Origin: a virus
Taxonomy: Duplodnaviria; Caudoviricetes
Direction: 5' to 3' (one strand)
Virus record (IMG/VR): IMGVR_UViG_3300048902_000256
Coordinates: 1 to 30,990 of that record
DNA: 30,990 nt
The position numbers were made by a program, and so were the translations under genes. A model generated the notes under the pieces. It ran no database searches. It was not told the origin of the DNA and saw only the letters and a program-made list of their open reading frames with translations. Positions 1-7,514 of the stretch are shown in pieces. Each line of letters opens with the position of its first letter. Position 1 is the stretch's first letter.

Positions 1-41
1 TCGCTGCCCGCGCCGGTCCGGTAGCCCTTGTGCTCTGCCAT
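1..41 (-). CDS. Hypothetical protein, 5' part only (MAEHKGYRTGAGS...)
   Basis: ATG at 41 behind GGATGGGGAG RBS and promoter at 85-113; runs off the window. Confidence 0.6.
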   Translation of the reverse strand, partial: MAEHKGYRTGAGS

Positions 42-84
42 CTGTCGCTCCCCATCCCTGCGGCTCGGTGCCGCTCTGCCTCTT

Positions 85-113
85 ACCTTACAGCCATGAC
101 AGCCAAGTATCAA
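85..113 (-). promoter_or_regulatory. sigma70-type promoter TTGATA-N17-TAAGGT
   Basis: Near-consensus hexamers; belongs to a promoter family seen eight times in the window. Confidence 0.75.
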
Positions 114-393
114 ACCCTGGACGGCTCGATTCCGAGCAGTGTGCAGACTCGGCGGCTCTGAGGGGAGGTGGTCGGGTGCTCCATCGCCCAGTCGCACTCG
201 CCGTCTGCCCCGGAGAAGGGGAAGGACCAGTTGTCGCAGAAGTAGTTGCCGTTGTAGACGACCGGAGCGGCGCCGCACTTCGGGCAGTCGATCCCGACGC
301 CGGTGCCCTGGACCAGGGCCAGACGACCTTGACGGCCCTCGCGTTGCCGGTCGTGCGGTAGCTCCCACCAGCGGGCCGAGCTGTCCGGCTCAT
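110..393 (-). pseudogene. Frameshifted Cys-rich small protein (MSRTARPAGG...AVKVV / LALVQGTGVGIDCPKCG...YFC)
   Basis: ATG with RBS at 393; GC3-rich coding signal switches frame near 322; the downstream frame has CxxC motifs but no canonical start of its own upstream of them. Confidence 0.45.
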
Positions 394-395
394 GG

Positions 396-518
396 TCAGC
401 CTCTCTGGAAGCGGATCGAGTGGGCGCGGTGCTGTGCCCATGGACACGACCGGCCGACGGTGATTCGGCCGATCGTCAGAGACCAGTGCTTGCGGTCTCC
501 GTAGTGCAGATGTGTCAC
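396..518 (-). CDS. Hypothetical 40-aa protein (MTHLHYGDRKHW...)
   Basis: GTG after AGGGG RBS; fills the gap between neighbours. Confidence 0.45.
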   Translation of the reverse strand: MTHLHYGDRKHWSLTIGRITVGRSCPWAQHRAHSIRFQRG

Positions 519-557
519 GAATCGTCCCCTGGGTCCTCTGTTGCCTGAGCCGCGCGG

Positions 558-938
558 TCAGCGCACCGCGCCGGAGCCGTGGCACACCTTACAGTCGATC
601 AGGTCCCCGGTCTTGGGGTCGCGCACCCGGCCGGTGCCGCCGCACTTGCCGCACATCCGGATCGGGTCGCTCGGCTTTGCCATGGACTTCGGCGGTAGGC
701 CGGTGCCGTTGCAGACCGGGCAGGTCACCAGACGGCCGGTGGTCCGGTCGTAGACCTCACCGACCCCGCCGCAGGTTGAGCAGTAGACGCGACGGTGACG
801 GCTCTCCAGGACGGCCACCATGCGGCCCTCACGACGGATGCCGATCGACTCCTGCCGCCCCGGCTGGTGCCAGGAGAAGAGAGGGGTGGTCCCGCGCCAC
901 CACGGCACGCCCCGTCCGGGGCCGCTGCCGGGGATCAC
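558..938 (-). CDS. DnaJ-type CxxCxGxG zinc-finger protein
   Basis: Four motifs CSTCGGVG, CPVCNGTG, CGKCGGTG, CKVCHGSG; GTGA overlap with upstream gene (alternative start 821). Confidence 0.8.
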   Translation of the reverse strand: MIPGSGPGRGVPWWRGTTPLFSWHQPGRQESIGIRREGRMVAVLESRHRRVYCSTCGGVGEVYDRTTGRLVTCPVCNGTGLPPKSMAKPSDPIRMCGKCGGTGRVRDPKTGDLIDCKVCHGSGAVR

Positions 939-1057
939 AGTTCCGGCTTCGTGTTGCGCTTGGGCTTCTGCGTGGTCTCGCGCGGCCGGGTGTTCTCCGG
1001 CTTGACCGGCTGTCGCTCGAACGGTCGCTTGGGCTTCTTGGGCATTTCCTTCGACAT
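935..1057 (-). CDS. Small basic 40-aa protein (MSKEMPKKPKRP...)
   Basis: ATG after GGATGGGGAGCGAC RBS and promoter at 1100-1129; stop overlaps the next start. Confidence 0.65.
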   Translation of the reverse strand: MSKEMPKKPKRPFERQPVKPENTRPRETTQKPKRNTKPEL

Positions 1058-1099
1058 GTCGCTCCCCATCCGTGACGAGACCTCCCCGCCACAGCCGAT

Positions 1100-1129
1100 A
1101 CCTTACAGCCGTGACGGGGAGGTAGTCAA
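1100..1129 (-). promoter_or_regulatory. sigma70-type promoter TTGACT-N18-TAAGGT
   Basis: Hexamers plus shared spacer motif TCCCCGTCACGGCTG. Confidence 0.7.
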
Positions 1130-1131
1130 AC

Positions 1132-1218
1132 TCAGTGCCGCCGGATTGACCAGATCAGGGCGGCCAGCGCGAACAGACCCAGCACACTGGTCAGGTTGCT
1201 CCCGATCTCGACCTTCAC
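1132..1218 (-). CDS. 28-aa single-TM peptide
   Basis: GTGA overlap with upstream stop; hydrophobic stretch VLGLFALAALIW. Confidence 0.5.
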   Translation of the reverse strand: MKVEIGSNLTSVLGLFALAALIWSIRRH

Positions 1219-1568
1219 GGCTGCTGCACTCCGAAGGTCCAGCTGGTCCCGCCGAGCCCAGCCTCGCGCCAGAGCATTTGAGCCCAGCCGGGGGCCGAGG
1301 AGATGCTCTCCCGCTTGGTCACGTAGTCCTCGTGGTAGTAGGTCGCGGTCTCCCTGGTCTCGGTGCTGGCCGTGCCGCTTTTGAGGACGAGCGGGCCGGA
1401 GATCAGCATCTTGGTCACGACACCGTCCACGATCCGGATCTCCGCCTGGCACGGCCGGATGTGCCGGGGCTTACGGTGCCAGCTCTGGGTGATGTCCAGG
1501 TCAAGTGTGCCCTCGACCGCGATCACGATCGTCTGAATGGTGATACTGCGTTCTACCTGAGCGTGCAT
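1215..1568 (-). CDS. Hypothetical protein (MHAQVERSIT...)
   Basis: ATG after GAGGAG RBS; high GC3 codon usage. Confidence 0.75.
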   Translation of the reverse strand: MHAQVERSITIQTIVIAVEGTLDLDITQSWHRKPRHIRPCQAEIRIVDGVVTKMLISGPLVLKSGTASTETRETATYYHEDYVTKRESISSAPGWAQMLWREAGLGGTSWTFGVQQP

Positions 1569-1591
1569 CTGGCGCTCCTCTCGATTGCCTG

Positions 1592-1625
1592 TTGCCAACA
1601 TAGCAGTCATGGCGGTAAGGTACAA
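1592..1625. promoter_or_regulatory. Overlapping divergent promoters (+ TTGCCA-N18-TAAGGT; - TTGTAC-N17-TATGTT)
   Basis: Lies between divergent genes; the + strand -10 is 7 nt before ATG 1629 (leaderless). Confidence 0.6.
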
Positions 1626-1628
1626 CCC

Positions 1629-1829
1629 ATGGCGAAGATAGTGATCCAGCACGAGCAGGACCCCTCCATCGCGATCGTCTTGGAGGAGGTCACGGTCCCG
1701 ACCCCCGGCAAGGCCCTGGGCGCTTATGGCAAGTGCACCGAGTGCGGCTGGCCGATGCACTGGTGGAACCGGGAGGAGGCCATCGTGAGGGCCCAGCGGC
1801 ACGTGAACCGCCACGAATCATCACTCTGA
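1629..1829 (+). CDS. Small zinc-finger-like protein (CTECGW...HxxxH)
   Basis: Leaderless ATG after promoter; C2H2-like ligand pattern. Confidence 0.7.
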   Translation: MAKIVIQHEQDPSIAIVLEEVTVPTPGKALGAYGKCTECGWPMHWWNREEAIVRAQRHVNRHESSL

Positions 1830-1848
1830 CGGGGAGGAACCCTTCATC

Positions 1849-2382
1849 ATGAGCAAGCACATCGACCGCACCGCCGTCCAGCCGTCCCGGCTGCGGGTGG
1901 CGTTCTTCATCCTGGTGACCCTCTGGTACCTGGGTCTGTCCCACTGGCTCTGGTGGGGAGACGTCAGCGCGGAAGACCTCCGGGGGTGGGCGACCATCCT
2001 GGGCTTCACCGCCGCGACCATGGCGCTGGCCGAGGTCTTCGGCCTGCTGATCCAGCGCCAGGACCACCAGCGCGCGACGAGCCGGGAGCTGATTCAGCAC
2101 GCCTGGTACACCGGCACCTGGGGCGACCTGCCGGGACAGCCCGGCACCGTGCTGACGGTGCGCTGGGACCCCGAGGGCTGGACGTACTGGGTGTCGGGCT
2201 GGGTGTCGGACAACTGGCAGATCACCGGCGAGCGGCGCTGGGACGACGTCGAGAGCCTCACGACCCTGATCGAGGAGGCCGAGCGGGACGGTCTGCTCCC
2301 CGCTGACGACGCGGCCACCCGGATGGTGCGGGCACGGCTGGGCGTGCCCCGCTGGAACATGAACGGCCTGCTCCACGATTGA
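1849..2382 (+). CDS. Membrane protein with two N-terminal TM helices
   Basis: GGGGAGG RBS; two hydrophobic segments. Confidence 0.8.
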   Translation: MSKHIDRTAVQPSRLRVAFFILVTLWYLGLSHWLWWGDVSAEDLRGWATILGFTAATMALAEVFGLLIQRQDHQRATSRELIQHAWYTGTWGDLPGQPGTVLTVRWDPEGWTYWVSGWVSDNWQITGERRWDDVESLTTLIEEAERDGLLPADDAATRMVRARLGVPRWNMNGLLHD

Positions 2383-2401
2383 CAGATCGGTGTCACGATC
2401 G

Positions 2402-2433
2402 GGTGGGGGGACCTCGGTGAAGGTCCCCCCACC
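2402..2433. repeat. GGTGGGGGGAC-N10-GTCCCCCCACC inverted repeat (dispersed family; possible terminator)
   Basis: 13-bp perfect stem after a gene end; related copies at 2888, 3007, 6602, 8330, 11533. Confidence 0.7.
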
Positions 2434-2494
2434 TTGCGTTTCAACTTCACAGCCGAGCCTGCTATGATGGGGGCTTCACCCGAGAGGAGTACGG

Positions 2495-2686
2495 ATGAGC
2501 GCGGGCTATCTGCGCAAGTGCGTCGGCAAACAGCCGCACGAGACGAGACAGGAGGCCGAGGATCACCGGCGCTCCATGGTCCGTGCCGGTATGTGGCGGC
2601 TGAGCAGCAGCAATACCTACCGCTGCACGCAGTGCGGCACCTTCCATGCGGGCCGGATGGGCTCGCGGAACAGGGGGAAGCGATGA
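2495..2686 (+). CDS. Small zinc-finger protein (C..K...YRCxxCGxFH)
   Basis: GAGGAG RBS; common small phage zinc-finger pattern. Confidence 0.75.
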   Translation: MSAGYLRKCVGKQPHETRQEAEDHRRSMVRAGMWRLSSSNTYRCTQCGTFHAGRMGSRNRGKR

Positions 2687-2877
2687 GCTGGACCAGGAGG
2701 GCGCACCCGCCCATCGAGAAGGTCGGCAGCGGCCGTGAACCGGACGGGCTGTGCCCGGCCAAGTTCGACCACCGGCCGCACATGTACGAGTCCGGCACAC
2801 TCGGGCGTTTCTGGTGCACGGCGGACCAGGACCGGCGTGAGCCGGGCCGCTCGGAACGACGGAGGTCGCAGAAATGA
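2683..2877 (+). CDS. Hypothetical Cys/His protein (MSWTRRAHPP...)
   Basis: ATGA overlap and GGGGG RBS. Confidence 0.65.
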   Translation: MSWTRRAHPPIEKVGSGREPDGLCPAKFDHRPHMYESGTLGRFWCTADQDRREPGRSERRRSQK

Positions 2878-3080
2878 CGGATCAGCAGGTGGGGGGACGT
2901 GCAGAGGGGTCCCCCCGTAAGGACCGGCTAGTGGGGGGTGCGGTCCTTACACACGAGGGCCACAACCATCCGCCCGAGCTGGACCGCTACTGCGACCAGC
3001 AGCACGCCGGGGGGACCCCCGAATTGCTCCCCCCGGAGGGTAAAAGCCCTGGGAAACCACTGTGTGAGGGTGCGCCGTGA
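2874..3080 (+). CDS. Hypothetical protein
   Basis: ATGA and GTGA overlaps at both ends, but the ORF is full of hairpins. Confidence 0.45.
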   Translation: MTDQQVGGRAEGSPRKDRLVGGAVLTHEGHNHPPELDRYCDQQHAGGTPELLPPEGKSPGKPLCEGAP

Positions 3081-3265
3081 AGCCGCCACCGAGGGGAGGG
3101 CGGCGCAACGGGAGCTACGCCGGACCGGCCACCGGGCCGCTCGGCCGGGTCTGCCCGAAGTGCGGCGCCGGGGTCGGCTGGCGCTGCGTGAGCGTGGCGA
3201 GGGACGGCGGGGACTGGCAGAAGCCTCTCGCGGCCTTCCACGCGGACCGGCGGCGCGCGACCTGA
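3077..3265 (+). CDS. Small zinc-finger protein (CPxCGA...C...HxxR)
   Basis: C3H pattern common in actinophage DNA-binding proteins; GTGA overlap. Confidence 0.65.
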   Translation: MKPPPRGGRRNGSYAGPATGPLGRVCPKCGAGVGWRCVSVARDGGDWQKPLAAFHADRRRAT

Positions 3266-3301
3266 CCACCCACTGACCACCCACTGACCACCCACTGACC
3301 A
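3262..3301. repeat. Tandem 11-bp repeat (CTGACCACCCA) x3.6, iteron-like
   Basis: Exact units at 3262, 3273, 3284 and a partial unit at 3295. Confidence 0.9.
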
Positions 3302-3415
3302 GCGGAAACGTCCAACTACAGCGGCCCCGGATCCTCGTCATATGCCGATACGTGCATGTGTTCATGATTCCGGGGCCGCCGTGCCTAACCCTCAAGTGAA
3401 GGTCGAGAGTTTGCT

Positions 3416-3625
3416 ATGAGTAAGCACAAGGCGTACAGCGAGTGCCCAGGCAGCGTGAGCGGCCACGACACCGGGAGCCGGGACGGCAAGTGCACGTGGT
3501 GCGGCAAGAAGGTCACCAGTGCCGCGCCGATGCCCCGGTTGACCCCGCGACAGACTGATCTTGACGTAGAGTATCGGCGCAAATACGATCCGAATTATGG
3601 GTCGCATCCTCTTGACAACTCCTAG
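3416..3625 (+). CDS. Small Cys/His protein (CPGS...H...CTWC)
   Basis: ORF with phage-like codon usage and metal-ligand pattern. Confidence 0.65.
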   Translation: MSKHKAYSECPGSVSGHDTGSRDGKCTWCGKKVTSAAPMPRLTPRQTDLDVEYRRKYDPNYGSHPLDNS

Positions 3626-3758
3626 GGGGGCCGTGGTACTCGCGCGGGCGCGCGCGGCATGTGACATAGCTGCATCCGTGCAGATATCTGCCGAATGGGG
3701 TCGAGGTCACAAAGCCTCTTCTCTTGACAACTCCTAGGGGGGCCGTGGTACTCGCGCG
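3609..3758. repeat. 38-bp direct repeat, two copies (3609-3646 and 3721-3758)
   Basis: CTCTTGACAACTCCTAGGGGGGCCGTGGTACTCGCGCG identical in both copies. Confidence 0.9.
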
Positions 3759-3773
3759 CGCGCGGCCCCCCAG

Positions 3774-3907
3774 TAATGGGGAGACTATGTGGTCCCCACC
3801 CCCTATTCTTCTTGAGAATTACGTGTTCCTTACGCGCGATACGCGCGATAAGGGACGTGTGTTTCTCAAGAAGAGAGAGCCGTGAGGACCACATAGTCTC
3901 CCCATTA
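3774..3907. repeat. 134-bp imperfect inverted repeat / long hairpin
   Basis: 22-bp perfect outer arms, 12-bp perfect inner arms TCTTCTTGAGAA/TTCTCAAGAAGA, and an inner stem with G-T pairs. Confidence 0.9.
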
Positions 3908-3961
3908 ACGCGGGAGTCGGCTCGATCGGTACAGACGGGGGGCTGCTGGTAAGTTAGGGGC

Positions 3962-4228
3962 ATGGATGACCTGCCCACCCCCACGCCCTCAGAGCCGCAA
4001 CTCAGCGCGGACGACCTGAGGCTGTTCCTGACCGGCGTGACCCCGGGCTGGTACCGGACGGCCGACCTCTATCCCCGCTACCTGGCGTGGGCCGAAAGGT
4101 CCGGCAGGGCCCCGGTCACCGTGCAGCGGCTCGGCGTGGCGATCAGGAGGAACCTCCGGCTGGACAGCGCCTACACCCAGGGCCACGTGAAGGTGTGGAA
4201 CATCGACTCGAAGCTCCTGGCGCCGTGA
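3962..4228 (+). CDS. Stand-alone winged-helix protein resembling the D5/P4 primase C-terminal domain
   Basis: TADLYPRYLAWAERSGRAPVTVQRLG matches the xxLYxxYxxWxxxxGxxPxSxxxFG pattern; leaderless start after TAAGTT. Confidence 0.65.
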   Translation: MDDLPTPTPSEPQLSADDLRLFLTGVTPGWYRTADLYPRYLAWAERSGRAPVTVQRLGVAIRRNLRLDSAYTQGHVKVWNIDSKLLAP

Positions 4229-4782
4229 GCGGTCGTCCTGCCCTGGTCCCGCAGAGCGACGTCGCGACGCTGCTGCGGTACCTCAAGCCCGGTCGTGTCG
4301 TGCTGACCGTCGATCTGCACTCCCGGTACGCCACCCTGGTCCGGGCAGACGGCAGAGAGCCTGCCAGTTCCCTGGCCCTGGGCCGCGCCCTGGGCCGCGC
4401 CGGTTGGGAGCGCCTGCTGGTCCGTAAGAGCCGGGGCCGTCGCGGTCAGCAGACCTACAGCGCCGACTCAGCCTGGGTCGTCCCCGGCGGCCCTCGCATT
4501 CCCATCCCCGCAGAGCAGCTGTGCGAGACGCTGCGCGAGGTGCTGGGTGACCGTGAGGGGGGCGAGATCCTCCTGTCGTTCATCCAGAGCACCTACGACC
4601 GGCTCAGCCGGGCGCGCCGCTGGAGGGAGCCGATGAACCTGGGCGAGATCAAGACCTGGCTGGACGACAACGGTTTCCCCCATCTGATGATCGGTGGCAA
4701 GCGGGGCCGTAACGGCTGGCCGGGACTGCCGGGGCGGTACGTTCATCGGTCCCGCGTCAATCTGATCGACCCGCCGGACTGA
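4225..4782 (+). CDS. Protein with two tandem D5-like winged-helix repeats
   Basis: TVDLHSRYATLVRADGREPASSLALGRAL and a second copy IQSTYDRLSRARRWREPMNLGEIKTWL; GTGA overlap. Confidence 0.6.
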   Translation: MSGRPALVPQSDVATLLRYLKPGRVVLTVDLHSRYATLVRADGREPASSLALGRALGRAGWERLLVRKSRGRRGQQTYSADSAWVVPGGPRIPIPAEQLCETLREVLGDREGGEILLSFIQSTYDRLSRARRWREPMNLGEIKTWLDDNGFPHLMIGGKRGRNGWPGLPGRYVHRSRVNLIDPPD

Positions 4783-4844
4783 CACTCGACTGTCAACGGG
4801 GCGTGGGGGCCGAGATGTCCCCTCGCCCCGCTAGGATGGGACCC

Positions 4845-5150
4845 ATGCCAGCCATTGCCGTCCTCCTCGTGTACGCGCTGGCCGTCGCGCGCATCACCGG
4901 CCTGATCGTCAGCGACACGATCACCGAGCCCCTGAGAGACGCTCTGATCGGCTGGCTGGACGATCGGCCCAAGACCCTGGGCTCGGCGCTCGCCACGCTC
5001 GTCACGTGCCCCTGGTGCGCCGGAATGTGGGTCTCGCTCATCGCCTCCCCCCTGGTCTGGTTCTGGGGCGGGTCGCCCGTCATGCTGATACCGGCCATAG
5101 CCCTGGCGTTCAGCCAGGTGACCGGCATGATCTCGAACCTGGGGAGGTAG
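4845..5150 (+). CDS. DUF1360-like membrane protein (possible holin)
   Basis: ARITGLIVSDTITEPLR...LVTCPWCAGMWV signature; TM helices; TAGGAT 7 nt upstream. Confidence 0.75.
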   Translation: MPAIAVLLVYALAVARITGLIVSDTITEPLRDALIGWLDDRPKTLGSALATLVTCPWCAGMWVSLIASPLVWFWGGSPVMLIPAIALAFSQVTGMISNLGR

Positions 5151-5153
5151 CCC

Positions 5154-7094
5154 GTGGCCTTGAAGCGACCCAAGAGCTCCACGCTCGTCGCGCACGATCC
5201 GTTCGGCATGGACGGACCCGCCACCCGGACCGCCCTCTCCGCCGCTACCGCCATCGTTGAGCTCGGAGCCGAGAGCTCCTGGCGCACCTGGAAGTTCGGC
5301 AACAAGGACTGGCAGAGCGAGGGCTGGCGTCTCTACGACATCGTGCCGGAGCACCACTTCCTCACTGGCCGCATCGGAGACAGCGTCGCCCAGGCGCGCC
5401 TCTACGTCACTGAGGTCGACGACACCGGCGAGGAGACCGGCGAGGTCCAGGACGACCGCATCCGCCGTCTCGCGGCCGTGCCGCTGGGCACCGGCTCACA
5501 GCGCGACGACAACCTCCGGCTGGCGGGCATCGACCTCGCCGTCGGCGGAGAGTGCTGGATCGTGGGCGAGGGCGCGGCCACGGCGACCGATCAGGCCGAG
5601 GGCGCCTGGTTCGTCGTCACCGGCGCCGCCCTGAGCCGGGTCGGTGACGAAGTCACGGTGCGACGGCCGCAGCAGCGCGGCGGCTCCAAGCTCACGCTGA
5701 CCGACGGCGTGGACCTGCTCATCCGCTGCTGGCGCCCGCACCCCAACGACACCGACCAGGCCGACTCGTTCACGCGCTCGGCCATCGTGCCGTTGCGCGA
5801 GATCGAGCTGCTGACCAAGCGCGAGTTCGCGGAGCTCGACTCCCGGCTGACCGGCGCCGGGATCATGTTCGTGCCCGAGGGCATCGACTTCCCCCGAGGT
5901 CAGGACGACCCCGAGGGCCTGGCGGGCTTCATGGCGTACATGCAGCGCGCCGCCGCCGCCAGCATGTCGGACCAGGGCCGCGCCTCCGCGATGGTCCCGA
6001 TCATGGCGACCGTCCCGAACGAGATGGTCGAGCACCTGGACAAGCTGCGGCCGCTGACGTTCTGGTCCGAGCTCTCCGCCGAGATCACGCCGATGAAGGA
6101 CAAGGCGATCAACCGCCTGGCCTCCAGCGCCGAGATCCCGGCCGAGGTGCTGACCGGCATCGGGGACGCGAACCACTGGACTGCCTGGCTGATCTCGGAC
6201 GAGGGCATCCGCTGGATCAAGGGCTACCTCGGGCTCATCGCGGACGCGCTGACCCGGGGCTTTCTGCGGCGTGCCCTGGAGTCGATGGGCGTTGTCAATC
6301 CGGAGCGCTACGCCTTCGCCTTCGATACCAGTTCGCTGGCGAGTAAGCCCAACCGGCTGGACGAGGCCGAACGTCTGCACGACCGTGGCCTGATCTCGGA
6401 CGAGGAGCTGGTGAAGGCGGCGGCCTTCTCAGTGGAGCAGATGCCGGACGATGCCCAGCGCGCGAAGCAGATGATCTACCGCCTGGTGATGGCTCAGCCG
6501 GACCTCGCCCTGGATCCCGAGGTTCAGCGGGTGCTCGGCCTGCCTGCGATCAAGAGCGTCGGCCTGCCCGCGACCGCCGATCAGAACGCCGACGGAGAGG
6601 ATGGGGGGACCCCGGACGACGGTCCCCCCAACGACGGCGTGGCGCCGGACGAAGCCGACACGGCGCGCGCCATCACGGCCGCGCTCGACCGCCGGATCGG
6701 GGAACTGACCGCCACCCGCGTGGTGTCGCCTCCCTCCCCCGAGGTCGTGTTCAACGCCAGCGCCAAGCTCATGGTGATGCGCGCGCTGGAGCTGGCGGGC
6801 GGTCGCCTGACCACACCGTCCGAGCGGCACGGCCGCTGGGTCGGCGTGTCGCGTCACGAACTCCATCACCACGTCGGCCCGATCACGCCGGAGAAGGCCG
6901 CCAAGGTGACCGAGGGCGCCTGGAATCACGTCGTGCTGGTGGCTGACGATCTCGGCGTGAACGCCGACGATCTCGGCGCGCTGCTCTCCGGCTACGTCAA
7001 CGAGCTGCTGACCCGGGGCATCCGGCACCACGATGATCTGCTCTACGCCGCGCTCAATATCGCGAACCGAGGACGAGGGCTGGTGACGGCATGA
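5154..7094 (+). CDS. Portal protein
   Basis: 646 aa; WQSEGWRLYDIVPEHHF and ANHWTAWLI motifs typical of cluster B-like actinophage portals; position before MuF and protease. Confidence 0.85.
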   Translation: MALKRPKSSTLVAHDPFGMDGPATRTALSAATAIVELGAESSWRTWKFGNKDWQSEGWRLYDIVPEHHFLTGRIGDSVAQARLYVTEVDDTGEETGEVQDDRIRRLAAVPLGTGSQRDDNLRLAGIDLAVGGECWIVGEGAATATDQAEGAWFVVTGAALSRVGDEVTVRRPQQRGGSKLTLTDGVDLLIRCWRPHPNDTDQADSFTRSAIVPLREIELLTKREFAELDSRLTGAGIMFVPEGIDFPRGQDDPEGLAGFMAYMQRAAAASMSDQGRASAMVPIMATVPNEMVEHLDKLRPLTFWSELSAEITPMKDKAINRLASSAEIPAEVLTGIGDANHWTAWLISDEGIRWIKGYLGLIADALTRGFLRRALESMGVVNPERYAFAFDTSSLASKPNRLDEAERLHDRGLISDEELVKAAAFSVEQMPDDAQRAKQMIYRLVMAQPDLALDPEVQRVLGLPAIKSVGLPATADQNADGEDGGTPDDGPPNDGVAPDEADTARAITAALDRRIGELTATRVVSPPSPEVVFNASAKLMVMRALELAGGRLTTPSERHGRWVGVSRHELHHHVGPITPEKAAKVTEGAWNHVVLVADDLGVNADDLGALLSGYVNELLTRGIRHHDDLLYAALNIANRGRGLVTA

Positions 7095-7243
7095 GGACGT
7101 GTGTCTCCTGTAACGGTTCGGGTGGGTTCTGGCTGCGCTGCAATTCCTGCGGCGGCCGGAGTAAGAACTGCGTCGTGTGCGCCGGGACCGGCTCGGTCTG
7201 GGTCACGTGCACCCGGTGCCGGGGAGCAGGGCAGACGTCGTGA
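7091..7243 (+). CDS. 50-aa DnaJ-type zinc-finger microprotein
   Basis: MRTCVSCNGSG...CNSCGG...CVVCAGTG...CTRCRGAG; ATGA overlap with portal stop. Confidence 0.7.
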   Translation: MRTCVSCNGSGGFWLRCNSCGGRSKNCVVCAGTGSVWVTCTRCRGAGQTS

Positions 7244-7383
7244 ACCTCTGTCATTCGTGTGCCGGTAAGGGCAAGGTGTCGGTGCCGTGCGGTCAGTGCG
7301 CCGCCAAGGGCGCCTCCTGCTGCCACGGGACCGGCGTCATCACGATCATGTGCCCGCGCTGTCTCGGGGAGGGAGTGCTGTGA
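7240..7383 (+). CDS. 47-aa DnaJ-type zinc-finger microprotein
   Basis: CHSCAGKG, CGQC, CCHGTG, CPRCLGEG; GTGA overlap. Confidence 0.7.
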   Translation: MNLCHSCAGKGKVSVPCGQCAAKGASCCHGTGVITIMCPRCLGEGVL

Positions 7384-7514
7384 TCGACTCCGGCGAGCGC
7401 TGCCAGTGCCACAACAAGACCGAGGCCGAGCTGGCCGCACCGTATGCGGCGTTCGCCTTCTCGCTGCCTGTGCTAGCCGCCCTGGTGCTGATCGTCGTCT
7501 GGGCGCTCTCGTGA
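7380..7514 (+). CDS. 44-aa single-TM protein
   Basis: GTGA overlaps at both ends; C-terminal hydrophobic helix. Confidence 0.6.
   Translation: MIDSGERCQCHNKTEAELAAPYAAFAFSLPVLAALVLIVVWALS

Noticed and set aside
795-1628. 344-aa plus-strand ORF 795-1829
   Set aside because: Only the last 66 codons (from 1629) look coding; the rest overlaps minus-strand genes that have RBS and promoters
3262-3301. CRISPR array
   Set aside because: 11-bp units are contiguous with no spacers; no cas genes
3774-3907. MITE or IS with terminal inverted repeats
   Set aside because: Pairing runs through the whole element; no target-site duplication or transposase seen
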